Part shown: in pieces, positions 17,583-25,598 of the stretch
How the letters are laid out: each line of letters starts with the position of its first letter
How positions within the stretch are numbered: the stretch's first letter is position 1
Assembly (NCBI GenBank): GCA_012026855.1
Contig: VEOV01000011.1
Coordinates: forward strand, 1-37,014
Reading direction: 5' to 3'
From: Geobacter sp.
GTDB taxonomy: Bacteria; Desulfobacterota; Desulfuromonadia; Geobacterales; DSM-12255
Length of the DNA: 37,014 nucleotides
Position numbers and translations under genes: made by a program
The notes under the pieces: generated by a model
Seen by the model: the letters and a program-made list of their open reading frames with translations, nothing else
What the model was told of the DNA's origin: nothing
Database searches by the model: none

Positions 17583-19508
17583 ATGTTAACTCTTTCGCAG
17601 ATCATAGCAGAAGGTGAATCCCTTCTGGTAAAGCGGATTGTGATGTATGCCGAGCAGATCGGCTATATTAATTTCACCCCTGCGTCGCCGGATGTCTGGA
17701 TAAAATCGATCCAGGGGCTTTCTGCCGGCCTTATAAACGCCCTTTCCGAATCCGCCGATATTCCGGAACTTGCGCCGTCCTGCGAATCAGTCAATGACAG
17801 AATCACCGCCTTCGGGGTAGAGCAGGCCAGGGCCCATCGCAATCGGGGAATAACACTTGAGATGTTCCTCGGCCTGATGAAATACTTCCGCCAGAGCTAC
17901 CACGATCTGATTGATGGTTCAACACTGGACTCCTCCCTGTGTAGATGGGCTCACATCTATGTGGAGCGTTACTTTGACAGGATCGAACTAGGCTTCATTT
18001 CCGAGTGGGAAAGGGCGGCTCTTGAACTTAAAAAGCAACACGAAGAGTTGCTGCTTGACCATAACCGCGACCTTTTAGCCGCCAACAGCAAGCTTGAACA
18101 GGAAATTGCCGAAAAAAAACGCGCTGAACAGCAGATTCAGAAACTAAACCGGGAACTTGAAAGACGCGTTGCCGCCAGAACCCTGCAACTGCAAAGAATC
18201 AACGAGCAGAACCATCACAAACTGCGGGAACTCGCCCTCCTCAATCGACTCAGTACAATCAACCTTTCCCAAATTAGATTGAACCGCCTTACCCATCTCC
18301 TGCTCGTCTCGCTCGTCACCCCCGGTTTCTTTGACAGGGCAATGCTGTTAATGCTGAACGAACGGTCAGAAACCCTGCAGGGGATGCTGGGAATAGATGA
18401 GCCGTTCCATTATCTGCATGACAATGTGGATATCTCTGATGCTGAAATTGAAAGAATGGCGTCTTCAGATTTCAGCCGCAGGCTCCGTAGCTGCAGGATT
18501 GCACTTGTAAAAGGGAGAGACCCGTTTTACAGAACCGTTGCCGAAAAGAAAGTTCTGCTGCAAAAAGAGCCTATGCAGATCGAATCCAGTAGTGAAAGCT
18601 TTTTGACGACAATGGGCATCAAATCATTTGTATCTATCCCCCTGATCTTCAAGGACAGCCTGTTCGGAATTATTATTGCCGATAACAACAGAAGCGGGCG
18701 CAGGACCGGCAGGGATGACATGAAATTTCTGCAGCTATTTGCCAACCATGCCGGCATTGCCATCGAAAACCTGATGCTCTGTCAAAATCTCGAGGAAGCA
18801 AACTGCAGGCTTCACGAGGCTCAGGAGCAGCTTCTCCACGGCGAGCGGCTTGCTACTATCGGCGAGATGGCTGCCGGCATTGCCCACGAACTGAAGGGGC
18901 CACTGGTTGCCATCGGTGGTTTTGCCCGCAGACTTGACGGTAAAATTACGGACGGAACGCCGGAAAAAGGCTATATATCCACAATTATTGAAGAAGAAAA
19001 ACGCCTGGAAAACCTGCTTGATGATGTGCTTTCATTTTCCAGAAAGACAACTATCTGCTATGACCGTTGCACCATTGTCGACCTTATCGATAGTTCACTC
19101 TCCATAGTAGGTCATGCCTGCCAAAAGATCGGTGTCGAAGTAAGCCGGCATTACCCGCGAAAACAGCTGACGCTCTACGCTGATTGTCAGCAGCTCAAAC
19201 AGGTCTTTATCAATATTTTTTATAATGCACTTGAAGCCATGAAGGGTGGCGGGGTGCTGAAAATTTCGGTTTCTCTCTCCAGTAAAGACCGGATGATTTT
19301 GATAAAAATTGCCGACAGCGGCGAAGGTATCCCGAAAAACCAGCAGAACAGCATCTTTAATCCGTTTTTTACCACAAAAAAGAACGGTACCGGACTAGGA
19401 CTGCCGATCGCAAACAGGATCATGATTAATCACGGTGGCAAAATAAAAGTCAGAAATCATCAGGGAGGGGGTGCTGAATTTACCCTGCTTCTGCCTTATC
19501 ATGAGTAA
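17583..19508 (+). CDS. Cytoplasmic sensor histidine kinase (helical N-terminal sensor, coiled coil, GAF, HisKA, HATPase)
   Basis: Start set at the first in-frame ATG after dksA (17583, MLTLSQII). The listed 17424 start overlaps dksA and encodes an implausible extension. A GAF-like region is present (FFDRAMLLMLNERSETLQGMLGID...IPLIFKDSLFGIIIADN). Kinase boxes: H-box IAHELKGPLVAIGGFA, N-box YNALEAM, G1 DSGEGIP, G2 GTGLGLPIANRI. There are no TM segments and no adjacent response regulator. Confidence 0.85.
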   Translation: MLTLSQIIAEGESLLVKRIVMYAEQIGYINFTPASPDVWIKSIQGLSAGLINALSESADIPELAPSCESVNDRITAFGVEQARAHRNRGITLEMFLGLMKYFRQSYHDLIDGSTLDSSLCRWAHIYVERYFDRIELGFISEWERAALELKKQHEELLLDHNRDLLAANSKLEQEIAEKKRAEQQIQKLNRELERRVAARTLQLQRINEQNHHKLRELALLNRLSTINLSQIRLNRLTHLLLVSLVTPGFFDRAMLLMLNERSETLQGMLGIDEPFHYLHDNVDISDAEIERMASSDFSRRLRSCRIALVKGRDPFYRTVAEKKVLLQKEPMQIESSSESFLTTMGIKSFVSIPLIFKDSLFGIIIADNNRSGRRTGRDDMKFLQLFANHAGIAIENLMLCQNLEEANCRLHEAQEQLLHGERLATIGEMAAGIAHELKGPLVAIGGFARRLDGKITDGTPEKGYISTIIEEEKRLENLLDDVLSFSRKTTICYDRCTIVDLIDSSLSIVGHACQKIGVEVSRHYPRKQLTLYADCQQLKQVFINIFYNALEAMKGGGVLKISVSLSSKDRMILIKIADSGEGIPKNQQNSIFNPFFTTKKNGTGLGLPIANRIMINHGGKIKVRNHQGGGAEFTLLLPYHE

Positions 19509-19514
19509 ACTTAA

Positions 19515-19590
19515 GGGGCTGTAGCTCAGTTGGGAGAGCGATGCGTTCGCAACGCATAGGCCGTCGGTTCGATCCCGATCAGCTCCACCA
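19515..19590 (+). tRNA. tRNA-Ala (anticodon CGC)
   Basis: A 76-nt cloverleaf folded by hand. The acceptor stem GGGGCTG/CAGCTCC has the G3:U70 alanine identity pair. D arm GCTC-AGTTGGGA-GAGC. Anticodon stem ATGCG/CGCAT with loop TTCGCAA (anticodon CGC). T arm GTCGG-TTCGATC-CCGAT. CCA is encoded. Confidence 0.95.
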
Positions 19591-19622
19591 TCCTTTCTCA
19601 CCATTATTGCCAGAGTCATCAC

Positions 19623-19955
19623 ATGAACCTTCCCATGAAAAATCTGCTGTTGCCGGTGGCTGATACCAGCGAAGAGTTGTTTGAAACCCTGCTGCAGCGG
19701 CAAGGCATAAGGGTAGAGCGTATTGTATCAAACGGTCACGCAACGCCCGGGGGGGAGTGGTATGATCAGTCCTGGGATGAGTGGGTGCTGATGCTTGCCG
19801 GCAGTGCAGTCCTGCAGATCGAAGGGGAACCTGAACTGAAGCAGTTGCTCCCCGGCGATGCCATCATGCTACCGGCCCACCGCCGTCATCGGGTAGATGC
19901 GACTGACCTGCAGGAACCGACAATCTGGCTGGCCATTCATTTTGACTGTCAATAG
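19623..19955 (+). CDS. Cupin-domain protein
   Basis: The 110-aa protein is predicted to form a beta-barrel. Cupin-like motifs are present: WDEWVLMLAGSAVLQIEG and PGDAIMLPAHRRHRV. ATG 19635 is an alternative start. Confidence 0.7.
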   Translation: MNLPMKNLLLPVADTSEELFETLLQRQGIRVERIVSNGHATPGGEWYDQSWDEWVLMLAGSAVLQIEGEPELKQLLPGDAIMLPAHRRHRVDATDLQEPTIWLAIHFDCQ

Positions 19956-19998
19956 GCAGCGCTGATCTCTCTTCAGGCTGTTGCCAATGGAGGACATA

Positions 19999-20766
19999 AT
20001 GTCATGGAATCCTGAGCAGTATCATAAATTCAAGCAGGAACGCCTCGCTCCCTTCAACGACCTGTTCGCCCTGATCAATGTCCGTTCAGGGCTTTCCGTA
20101 CTTGACATCGGTTGTGGTACCGGGGAACTGGCATTGGCACTGGCAGACAAGCTCCCGAAGAGCCGTGTCACCGGGGTGGACAGCTCGCCGGAAATGCTCC
20201 AAAAAGCTGCGGAGCGCTGTGCTGACCGGGTCAGTTTTGAACTGGGCTCAGTCGAAACTGTCTCCGGAACGTGGGATCTCCTCTTTTCCCACGCCGTACT
20301 GCACTGGGTAGAAGATCATCACGCCCTCATCCCCCGGCTCTGGACCCTGCTCAATCCTGGCGGCCAGCTTGCTGTGCAGATACCAGCCAACCATCGCCAC
20401 CCTTCACATACCTGCATCATTGCCGCTGCTTCGGAAGAGCCCTTCAGAGCTGCGTTAGGAGGCTGGGTGCGGCATTCCCCGGTCCTGGAAATCGACCAGT
20501 ATGCACAGCTTCTTCACGGCTGCGGCACTACTGAGTTCACCGTTCTGGAAAAAGTCTATCCGACATATCTGCCCAATGCAGCTGCCATTGCCGAATGGAC
20601 CAAGGGGACCACCCTTGTCCCGTATTTAGAACGGCTGCCCCATGAGCTGCATGAACCGTTCATGCAGCGCTACCGGGAACTGTTGATAAACGCCCTTCCA
20701 GAGGGGGAGATCATGTTCACCTTCAGGCGAATCCTTTTTACTGCCATAAAGCCAGCGCAAGGATAA
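19999..20766 (+). CDS. tam: Trans-aconitate 2-methyltransferase
   Basis: MSWNPEQYHKFKQERLAPFNDL...VLDIGCGTGELALALADKLP...VTGVDSSPEML...LLNPGGQLAVQIP is collinear with E. coli Tam (MSDWNPSLYLHFSAERSRP...DLGCGPGNST...ITGIDSSPAM...LLNPQGVLAVQMP). GGAGG lies 5 nt before ATG 19999. Confidence 0.85.
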   Translation: MSWNPEQYHKFKQERLAPFNDLFALINVRSGLSVLDIGCGTGELALALADKLPKSRVTGVDSSPEMLQKAAERCADRVSFELGSVETVSGTWDLLFSHAVLHWVEDHHALIPRLWTLLNPGGQLAVQIPANHRHPSHTCIIAAASEEPFRAALGGWVRHSPVLEIDQYAQLLHGCGTTEFTVLEKVYPTYLPNAAAIAEWTKGTTLVPYLERLPHELHEPFMQRYRELLINALPEGEIMFTFRRILFTAIKPAQG

Positions 20767-20775
20767 TTTCTTTAT

Positions 20776-21612
20776 ATGGTGACTGACCAATTACATGGAG
20801 ACATCCTCCGCCATTATGCCGGAGAGCCGCTGACAGAGCGGATTATTGCTGCCCTGCAGGCCGCCGGCAAATCACTCGACTGCCTGAAAATTGATGATCT
20901 GGCCCCCATTGACGAGTTCCATACCCGCGGACGCAAGGCGACCATGGAGCTTGCCAGTGCCGCCAATATCCAGCAGTGGATGAAGATTCTTGATGTGGGA
21001 AGCGGCATCGGCGGCCCGTCACGCTGCCTTGCAGCAACCTACGGCTGCATGGTTACCGGCCTTGACCTTAGCAAAGAGTATTGCCGTGTTGCCTCAATGC
21101 TGGCTGATATGGTCGGCCTGAATCACCTTGTCGACTACCAGCAGGGGGATGCTCTTGATCTGCCCTATGCTGATCAAAGCTTCGATGCAGTCTGGACACA
21201 GCATGCATCAATGAATATTTCCGACAAATCGAGGCTCTATGGTGAATTTTACCGTGTTTTAAAACCTGGAGGGGTGCTGGCGGCTTACGACGTCTTCAGC
21301 GGTTCCGGTGAAACGCTCCATTACCCGGTTCCCTGGGCATCTGAACCGGGTAGTAGTTTTCTTGTGTCTCCGGAAGAGAGCAGGCTGATACTTGCAGCCA
21401 CCGGTTTTGACATCAAGCTTTGGCAGGATGATACTGAATCCGCAACTGCCTGGTTCCGTAAGATCGCTACAAAAAGCAGCGAATCCTCCAAACCTGTCCT
21501 TGGACTCCATCTTCTTTTGGGGGATGAATTCCCGTCAATGCTGAAGAATCAGTTCTGCAATTTACAGGAAGGCCGGATCCGCATCATGCAGATTGTTGCT
21601 GAAAGGAAGTGA
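20776..21612 (+). CDS. Class I SAM-dependent methyltransferase
   Basis: Motif I (ILDVGSGIGGPSRCLA), motif II (VTGLDLS), an acidic loop (GDALDLPYADQSFDAVW) and post-II (LKPGGVLAAYD) are present. The substrate is unknown. Confidence 0.8.
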   Translation: MVTDQLHGDILRHYAGEPLTERIIAALQAAGKSLDCLKIDDLAPIDEFHTRGRKATMELASAANIQQWMKILDVGSGIGGPSRCLAATYGCMVTGLDLSKEYCRVASMLADMVGLNHLVDYQQGDALDLPYADQSFDAVWTQHASMNISDKSRLYGEFYRVLKPGGVLAAYDVFSGSGETLHYPVPWASEPGSSFLVSPEESRLILAATGFDIKLWQDDTESATAWFRKIATKSSESSKPVLGLHLLLGDEFPSMLKNQFCNLQEGRIRIMQIVAERK

Positions 21613-21788
21613 TAGGGGGCTAAAGGGTAAACGCGCTGGCTCCGAATAACACTCAATAGCATCTGGCTCTGGGGCAGGGGCATGGGGTACAGCTGTTGAG
21701 CAACCTTTGAAGTATACTCATAAAAAAATTATTTTAATAGACTGGAAATTTCCATTTCACGTGCTATATTTTATTCAAAAGGAGCTAA

Positions 21789-21851
21789 ATGGCTGTCAAA
21801 AAGGAGGGCAGCGCTATCGAAGATACTCCGCCAGGCTGTACACTGACATAG
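21789..21851 (+). CDS. Candidate 20-codon small ORF (MAVKKEGSAIEDTPPGCTLT) within an orphan small transcription unit
   Basis: AAAAGGAG (21777-21784) lies 4 nt before ATG 21789, and TAG is at 21849-21851. An extended -10-like element TGcTATATT (21762-21770) sits in an AT-rich block upstream. Two small hairpins and a strong terminator lie downstream. I recognised no homolog. It may instead be a non-coding RNA. Confidence 0.25.
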   Translation: MAVKKEGSAIEDTPPGCTLT

Positions 21852-21924
21852 CTGCTACATTGCTCCGGAGCCAACCACCTCCGGGATAACCCTTTGAAAA
21901 GGGAACCAGGATTTGAAAATAAAG

Positions 21925-21959
21925 AGACCCGCCGATTCGTTGGCGGGTCTTCATTTTTT
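21925..21959. terminator. Bidirectional intrinsic terminator
   Basis: AGACCCGCC (21925-21933), loop GATTCGTT, GGCGGGTCT (21942-21950). On the + strand it is followed by TCATTTTTT. On the - strand it is followed by CTTTATTTTC, 11 nt after the slyX stop. Confidence 0.8.
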
Positions 21960-21969
21960 CAGTAATGTT

Positions 21970-22161
21970 TCAGTAGTGGGGCGGCGGCGACTCCTCTTCA
22001 GGACTCTTGTTGAGGGAAGGGAGCTGTTCCTTCAACTGACGCAGCTCGGTTGCCAGACGGTCGATCTCCAGCTGCTGGTTGTAAACCAGCTCGTTCAACT
22101 CCTCCACCATCTTCTGCTGGTGTGTCAGCTGAATCTCCAGATCGTCCAGACGCTCGCTCAC
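21970..22161 (-). CDS. slyX: SlyX-family coiled-coil protein
   Basis: The 63-aa sequence MSERLDDLEIQLTHQQKMVEELNELVYNQQLEIDRLATELRQLKEQL matches the SlyX pattern (R...LE..la.Qe..ieeLN..v..Qq..I..L...l..L). It starts 3 nt after the hemE stop. Confidence 0.8.
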   Translation of the reverse strand: MSERLDDLEIQLTHQQKMVEELNELVYNQQLEIDRLATELRQLKEQLPSLNKSPEEESPPPHY

Positions 22162-22164
22162 CGG

Positions 22165-23187
22165 CTACTTCTGGGACAGCCGGTGGACGCACTCTACCAT
22201 GAAGGTAGCGTTCTCCGGTGGCACTGTCGGCAGGATGCCGTGGCCGAGGTTGAAGATGTGACCCGGGCGGCCGGCGTTCTCGTCCAGTACCCGCTTGACT
22301 TCACGCTCGATGATCTCTTTGGAACCGTAAAGGACTGTTGGGTCGAGATTCCCCTGAACCGCAACCTTGGGGCCAAGGATATCACGCGCCTTGCCCAGAT
22401 CAACGTGCCAGTCGAGCCCCATGACATCGCCACCGGCCTGCTGCACCGTGTCAAGCATGGTAGCAGCGCCCTTGACAAAGTGGATGACCGGAGTGTTCTG
22501 ACGGTTGAGGCCATTGATCAGCTTAGTTGTATAGGGGAGGACAAAGCGGGCGTAGTCGGCTGGCGAAAGTACGCCGCCCCAGGTGTCGAAAATCTGGATC
22601 GCCTGGGCGCCAGCCGTGATCTGGGCGTTCAGGTACTCCATATCCATCATGGTGACCTTTTCCATCAAAGCAGCGTAAACCTCAGGCGCAGTGTACATCA
22701 TCTTCTTGATGTTTGCCCAGTCCTTGGAACCTTTGCCCTCTACCATGTAGCAGGCCAGGGTGAACGGCGCACCGCCGAAGCCGATCAGCGGCACCTTGTT
22801 GGCCAACTCGCGGCGGAGAATTTTGATTGCTTCCAGCACGTAGGGGACATCAGCTTCCGGATCGGGAATCCGCAGCGCCTCCACATCAGCCATGCATCTA
22901 ATCGGATGTTCGAAAACCGGCCCAGGGACAAAGTCGAGCTTCATCCCCATCGGCTCGACCGGGGTGAGGATGTCGGAGAAGAGTATGGCAGCATCTACGC
23001 CGAGGATATCCACCGGCTGAATCGATACTTCAGCAGCCAGCTCAGGAGTCTTGCAGAGCTCCAGGAAAGTGCACTTGGAACGGACCCGCATGTAGTCGGG
23101 GAGATAGCGGCCAGCCTGACGCATCAGCCATACCGGGGTACGATCAACCGGTTTGCCCCAGCAGGCATCGAGAAAACGTGTATTCAT
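22165..23187 (-). CDS. hemE: Uroporphyrinogen decarboxylase
   Basis: The N-terminal URO-D signature is present (PVDRTPVWLMRQAGRYLPDY). Also present are ILFSDIL, GFGGAPFTLACYMVEG and the C-terminal NLGHGI motif. Confidence 0.95.
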   Translation of the reverse strand: MNTRFLDACWGKPVDRTPVWLMRQAGRYLPDYMRVRSKCTFLELCKTPELAAEVSIQPVDILGVDAAILFSDILTPVEPMGMKLDFVPGPVFEHPIRCMADVEALRIPDPEADVPYVLEAIKILRRELANKVPLIGFGGAPFTLACYMVEGKGSKDWANIKKMMYTAPEVYAALMEKVTMMDMEYLNAQITAGAQAIQIFDTWGGVLSPADYARFVLPYTTKLINGLNRQNTPVIHFVKGAATMLDTVQQAGGDVMGLDWHVDLGKARDILGPKVAVQGNLDPTVLYGSKEIIEREVKRVLDENAGRPGHIFNLGHGILPTVPPENATFMVECVHRLSQK

Positions 23188-23207
23188 GTAAAACCCTCCT
23201 CAGGATG

Positions 23208-24284
23208 TTATGATTTTTTCTGTGTCCGGATCGGCACGTAATTGCAGAACGGCTCTTCTGCCATGTAGTCGCCATACACCGCATCGGCCCGCGCCCGGCA
23301 GCCGCCGCAGACGTTGATGTACTCGCACTCGCCGCACTTGCCCTTGTAGGCCTTGAAGTTGCGCAAGGCCTTGAAGATCTCGGAGTTCTCCCAGATCTCC
23401 CGGAACGGGGTCTCTTTCACATTGCCGGCGGTGCGGTGGAAATAGGAACATGGCTTGACATTGCCAAAACAGTCGATGAGACAGATGGTCTGGGCAGCGA
23501 TACACCCCTTGCCCCCTCCGGTGGAAAAGGTCAATGAGCGGCGCTCGAACTTGACCCCTTCGGCCTTGGCCTTCTGCGGCACAATCCGGTAGTAGTGGGG
23601 AGCGCAGGTGGGGCGCATGAGGATGTCATCCTCCAGTTTCTCCTGCTGGTAGTGCCAGTCCAGAATCTCCTCGTAGTCCTCCTTGGAGATCAGCTCATTC
23701 ATGATTTCCTCACCGCGCCCGGTGGGAACAATCATGAACATATACCAGGCTGTGGCCCCCAGGGACTTGGCCAGCTTGAAAGTGTTGGCAATATCCGACT
23801 GATTCCGTTTCGTAAAGGAGGAGTTGATGAGAAACTTCTGGCCATGCTTGCGGAAATACTCAGCCGCATTGATAACTCCCTGAAAGGCCCCGGCGCAAGA
23901 GCGGAAATCGTCATGGACCGCGGCAGTGGAGCCGTCAAGAGATAGCGACACCATCTTGATGTCCGCTTTTTTCATGTTTTCGCAGACTTCATCATTCACC
24001 AGGGCGCCGTTTGTGGCCATGCACATCCTCAAGCCGAGCGATGTGCCGTAAGAGGCAAGCTCGAAAATATCCTTGCGCAGGAGTGGCTCGCCACCGGAAA
24101 GAACCACTACCGGTTTGGAAAAATCGGCAATCTCCTTGAGAAGCTTTTTCCCCTCTTCGGTGGAAAAATCCCCCTCGGAAGAGGTCATATCTGAGGAACA
24201 GCGGCAGTGAACGCACTTGAGGTTACACTTTTGCGTAGTTTCCCACGCAACCCACTTGGGGATGAATTCTTGGCTCATGGACAC
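23208..24284 (-). CDS. Radical SAM protein with a C-terminal SPASM/twitch domain (NirJ/AhbD-like)
   Basis: The CNLKCVHC (CX3CX2C) radical SAM cluster motif is at residues ~20-27, and the GGEPLL SAM-binding motif is present. C-terminal Cys clusters ([19 protein letters not shown] and [13 protein letters not shown] ... FCNY) fit a SPASM auxiliary-cluster domain. Overall architecture resembles the NirJ/AhbD haem-modifying radical SAM family; that assignment is from memory. Confidence 0.88.
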   Translation of the reverse strand: MSMSQEFIPKWVAWETTQKCNLKCVHCRCSSDMTSSEGDFSTEEGKKLLKEIADFSKPVVVLSGGEPLLRKDIFELASYGTSLGLRMCMATNGALVNDEVCENMKKADIKMVSLSLDGSTAAVHDDFRSCAGAFQGVINAAEYFRKHGQKFLINSSFTKRNQSDIANTFKLAKSLGATAWYMFMIVPTGRGEEIMNELISKEDYEEILDWHYQQEKLEDDILMRPTCAPHYYRIVPQKAKAEGVKFERRSLTFSTGGGKGCIAAQTICLIDCFGNVKPCSYFHRTAGNVKETPFREIWENSEIFKALRNFKAYKGKCGECEYINVCGGCRARADAVYGDYMAEEPFCNYVPIRTQKKS

Positions 24285-24355
24285 TCCAAAACTTTAGTTC
24301 AATCCTTAGATAATAGTATGAAGGGCGCTTAAAACTCAAGCAGATTCGGACTTTT

Positions 24356-25597
24356 TCAGTCAGGATAGAGGGTTGAAATGTGGTGAAAGGTCTCAATGTT
24401 CTGCAAGAAAATCCTCAGGAGGTCCGGGTCGAACATTTTACCAGACTCGTTTTCCAGCTCGGCAACGACGGCATCCTGGTCCCATGCCTCCTTGTAGCAG
24501 CGTCTGTTGGAGAGGGCGTCGTAAACGTCGGCAATTGCCACTATTCTGCCGAAAAGAGGAATCTCCTCCCCCTTTTTCCCCCGGGCCTTGCCATCTTCGG
24601 TCTCATAGCCGGCCAGAGGTTCTCCCGTCAGGTAGTCGACGAAGCCGGGATAGCCGTTGCCATCCCAGCGCTCGTGATGATTCATGGTTACCAGCAAGGA
24701 AGCTTCATCAATGTCAGAATAGAGCTCGGCAAAAAGCCTGGCTCCAAAGAGGGTATGTTCTTTCATGATGGCAAACTCTTCCGGAGTGAACCGCCCCGGC
24801 TTTTTCAGGATAAGGTCGGAAATCGCCACTTTGCCCACATCATGAAGCATTGCCGCAAGCCTTAGCAGATCCCGGGTCCGCTCCAGTTCATCCTCGGCAA
24901 CATTCTGCTCATGTGCCCATGCCTCATAAAGTGCTACTGAGTAGGATGCAACCCGGTTCACGTGGGCACCGGTCTCCTTGGGATCGCGCAGCTCTGCCAT
25001 CTTGTTCATCCGCATGATTATGCCCCGGGTCAGCTTTGCCCGTTCAACGGCATTAGCCGCAGCATTGGCAAAGTGGGCCAGAATCTGCATCCCCGACTGG
25101 GGGAATGGGATCACTTCGCCAAGCTCGTTTTTGGCGTTGATCAGCTGCAGCACACCTGACACGTCACCACGCTGGGCAATAAGAGGCAGAGTGAGCATTG
25201 ATCTGGTCCGGTAACCGGAAAGCTCGTCGTAACTCCTGTTAAAGGAGTATGGTGTACCCGCCGGGATATTCCAGGCATCGGCAATATTGAGCGGTTTTGC
25301 TGTCAGAGCAACATGGCCGGAGATGGAACTGCTGTTGATAGGAGTAGTGAAGGTGGAATAAATCAGTTTTTTCCCGGCAGGAAGTTTTGCCTGCATGGTG
25401 TCGTTTTGGGTATAACTGAACCTGAGGGAGTCTCCTTCACGAACGTAGATCGAACCGGCATCCGCAGCTGTAAACCGGCGGGCTTCGCCCAGGATTTTCT
25501 CCAGCAAAAGGTCGATGTCCCTGACGCTGGACATCTCACCTTCAAACTCAAGCACTCTCTGTATCCTGCTTAAATCATCAGACACCGGCACCCCCAT
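24356..25597 (-). CDS. GAF-domain HD-GYP protein (putative c-di-GMP phosphodiesterase)
   Basis: Start set at ATG 25597 (MGVPVSDD), 1 nt after the upstream gene's stop; the listed 25666 start overlaps that gene. The GAF region includes LLEKILGEARRFTAADAGSIYVREGDSLRF. HD (AAMLHDVGK), HHERWDG and GYP (GNGYPG) motifs are present. Confidence 0.88.
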   Translation of the reverse strand: MGVPVSDDLSRIQRVLEFEGEMSSVRDIDLLLEKILGEARRFTAADAGSIYVREGDSLRFSYTQNDTMQAKLPAGKKLIYSTFTTPINSSSISGHVALTAKPLNIADAWNIPAGTPYSFNRSYDELSGYRTRSMLTLPLIAQRGDVSGVLQLINAKNELGEVIPFPQSGMQILAHFANAAANAVERAKLTRGIIMRMNKMAELRDPKETGAHVNRVASYSVALYEAWAHEQNVAEDELERTRDLLRLAAMLHDVGKVAISDLILKKPGRFTPEEFAIMKEHTLFGARLFAELYSDIDEASLLVTMNHHERWDGNGYPGFVDYLTGEPLAGYETEDGKARGKKGEEIPLFGRIVAIADVYDALSNRRCYKEAWDQDAVVAELENESGKMFDPDLLRIFLQNIETFHHISTLYPD

Positions 25598-25598
25598 C

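Noticed and set aside
19395-19703. 102-aa minus-strand ORF spanning the tRNA-Ala gene
   Set aside because: It overlaps a canonical tRNA and the ends of two supported genes, so it is spurious.
21671-21687. Three closely spaced G4 runs (GGGGCAGGGGCATGGGG) as a possible G-quadruplex
   Set aside because: Only three G-tracts lie within a plausible loop distance. A fourth tract is missing, so a canonical intramolecular quadruplex is not supported.
21743-21759. Sigma54-like element TGGAAATTTCCATTTCA upstream of the small ORF
   Set aside because: GG is present at the -24 position. The -12 position reads TC rather than GC, and no enhancer-binding-protein gene is nearby.
21707-21889. 60-aa TTG-start ORF in the long intergenic region
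   Set aside because: It has a non-ATG start without an RBS, runs through the AT-rich promoter-like block, and has an odd composition. The RBS-preceded 20-codon ORF in another frame is the better, though still weak, candidate.
19591-21960. Possible genomic islet inserted at tRNA-Ala (cupin, two methyltransferases, AT-rich end)
   Set aside because: I found no integrase and no direct repeat of the tRNA 3' end downstream. The closest resemblance, around 21866-21880, is poor. The genes look like ordinary metabolic genes with host-like composition.
21913-23241. 442-aa plus-strand ORF covering the slyX and hemE region
   Set aside because: It is antisense to two genes with clear family signatures. 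It begins inside the terminator region and has a Leu/Arg/Val/Gln-rich shadow-frame composition.
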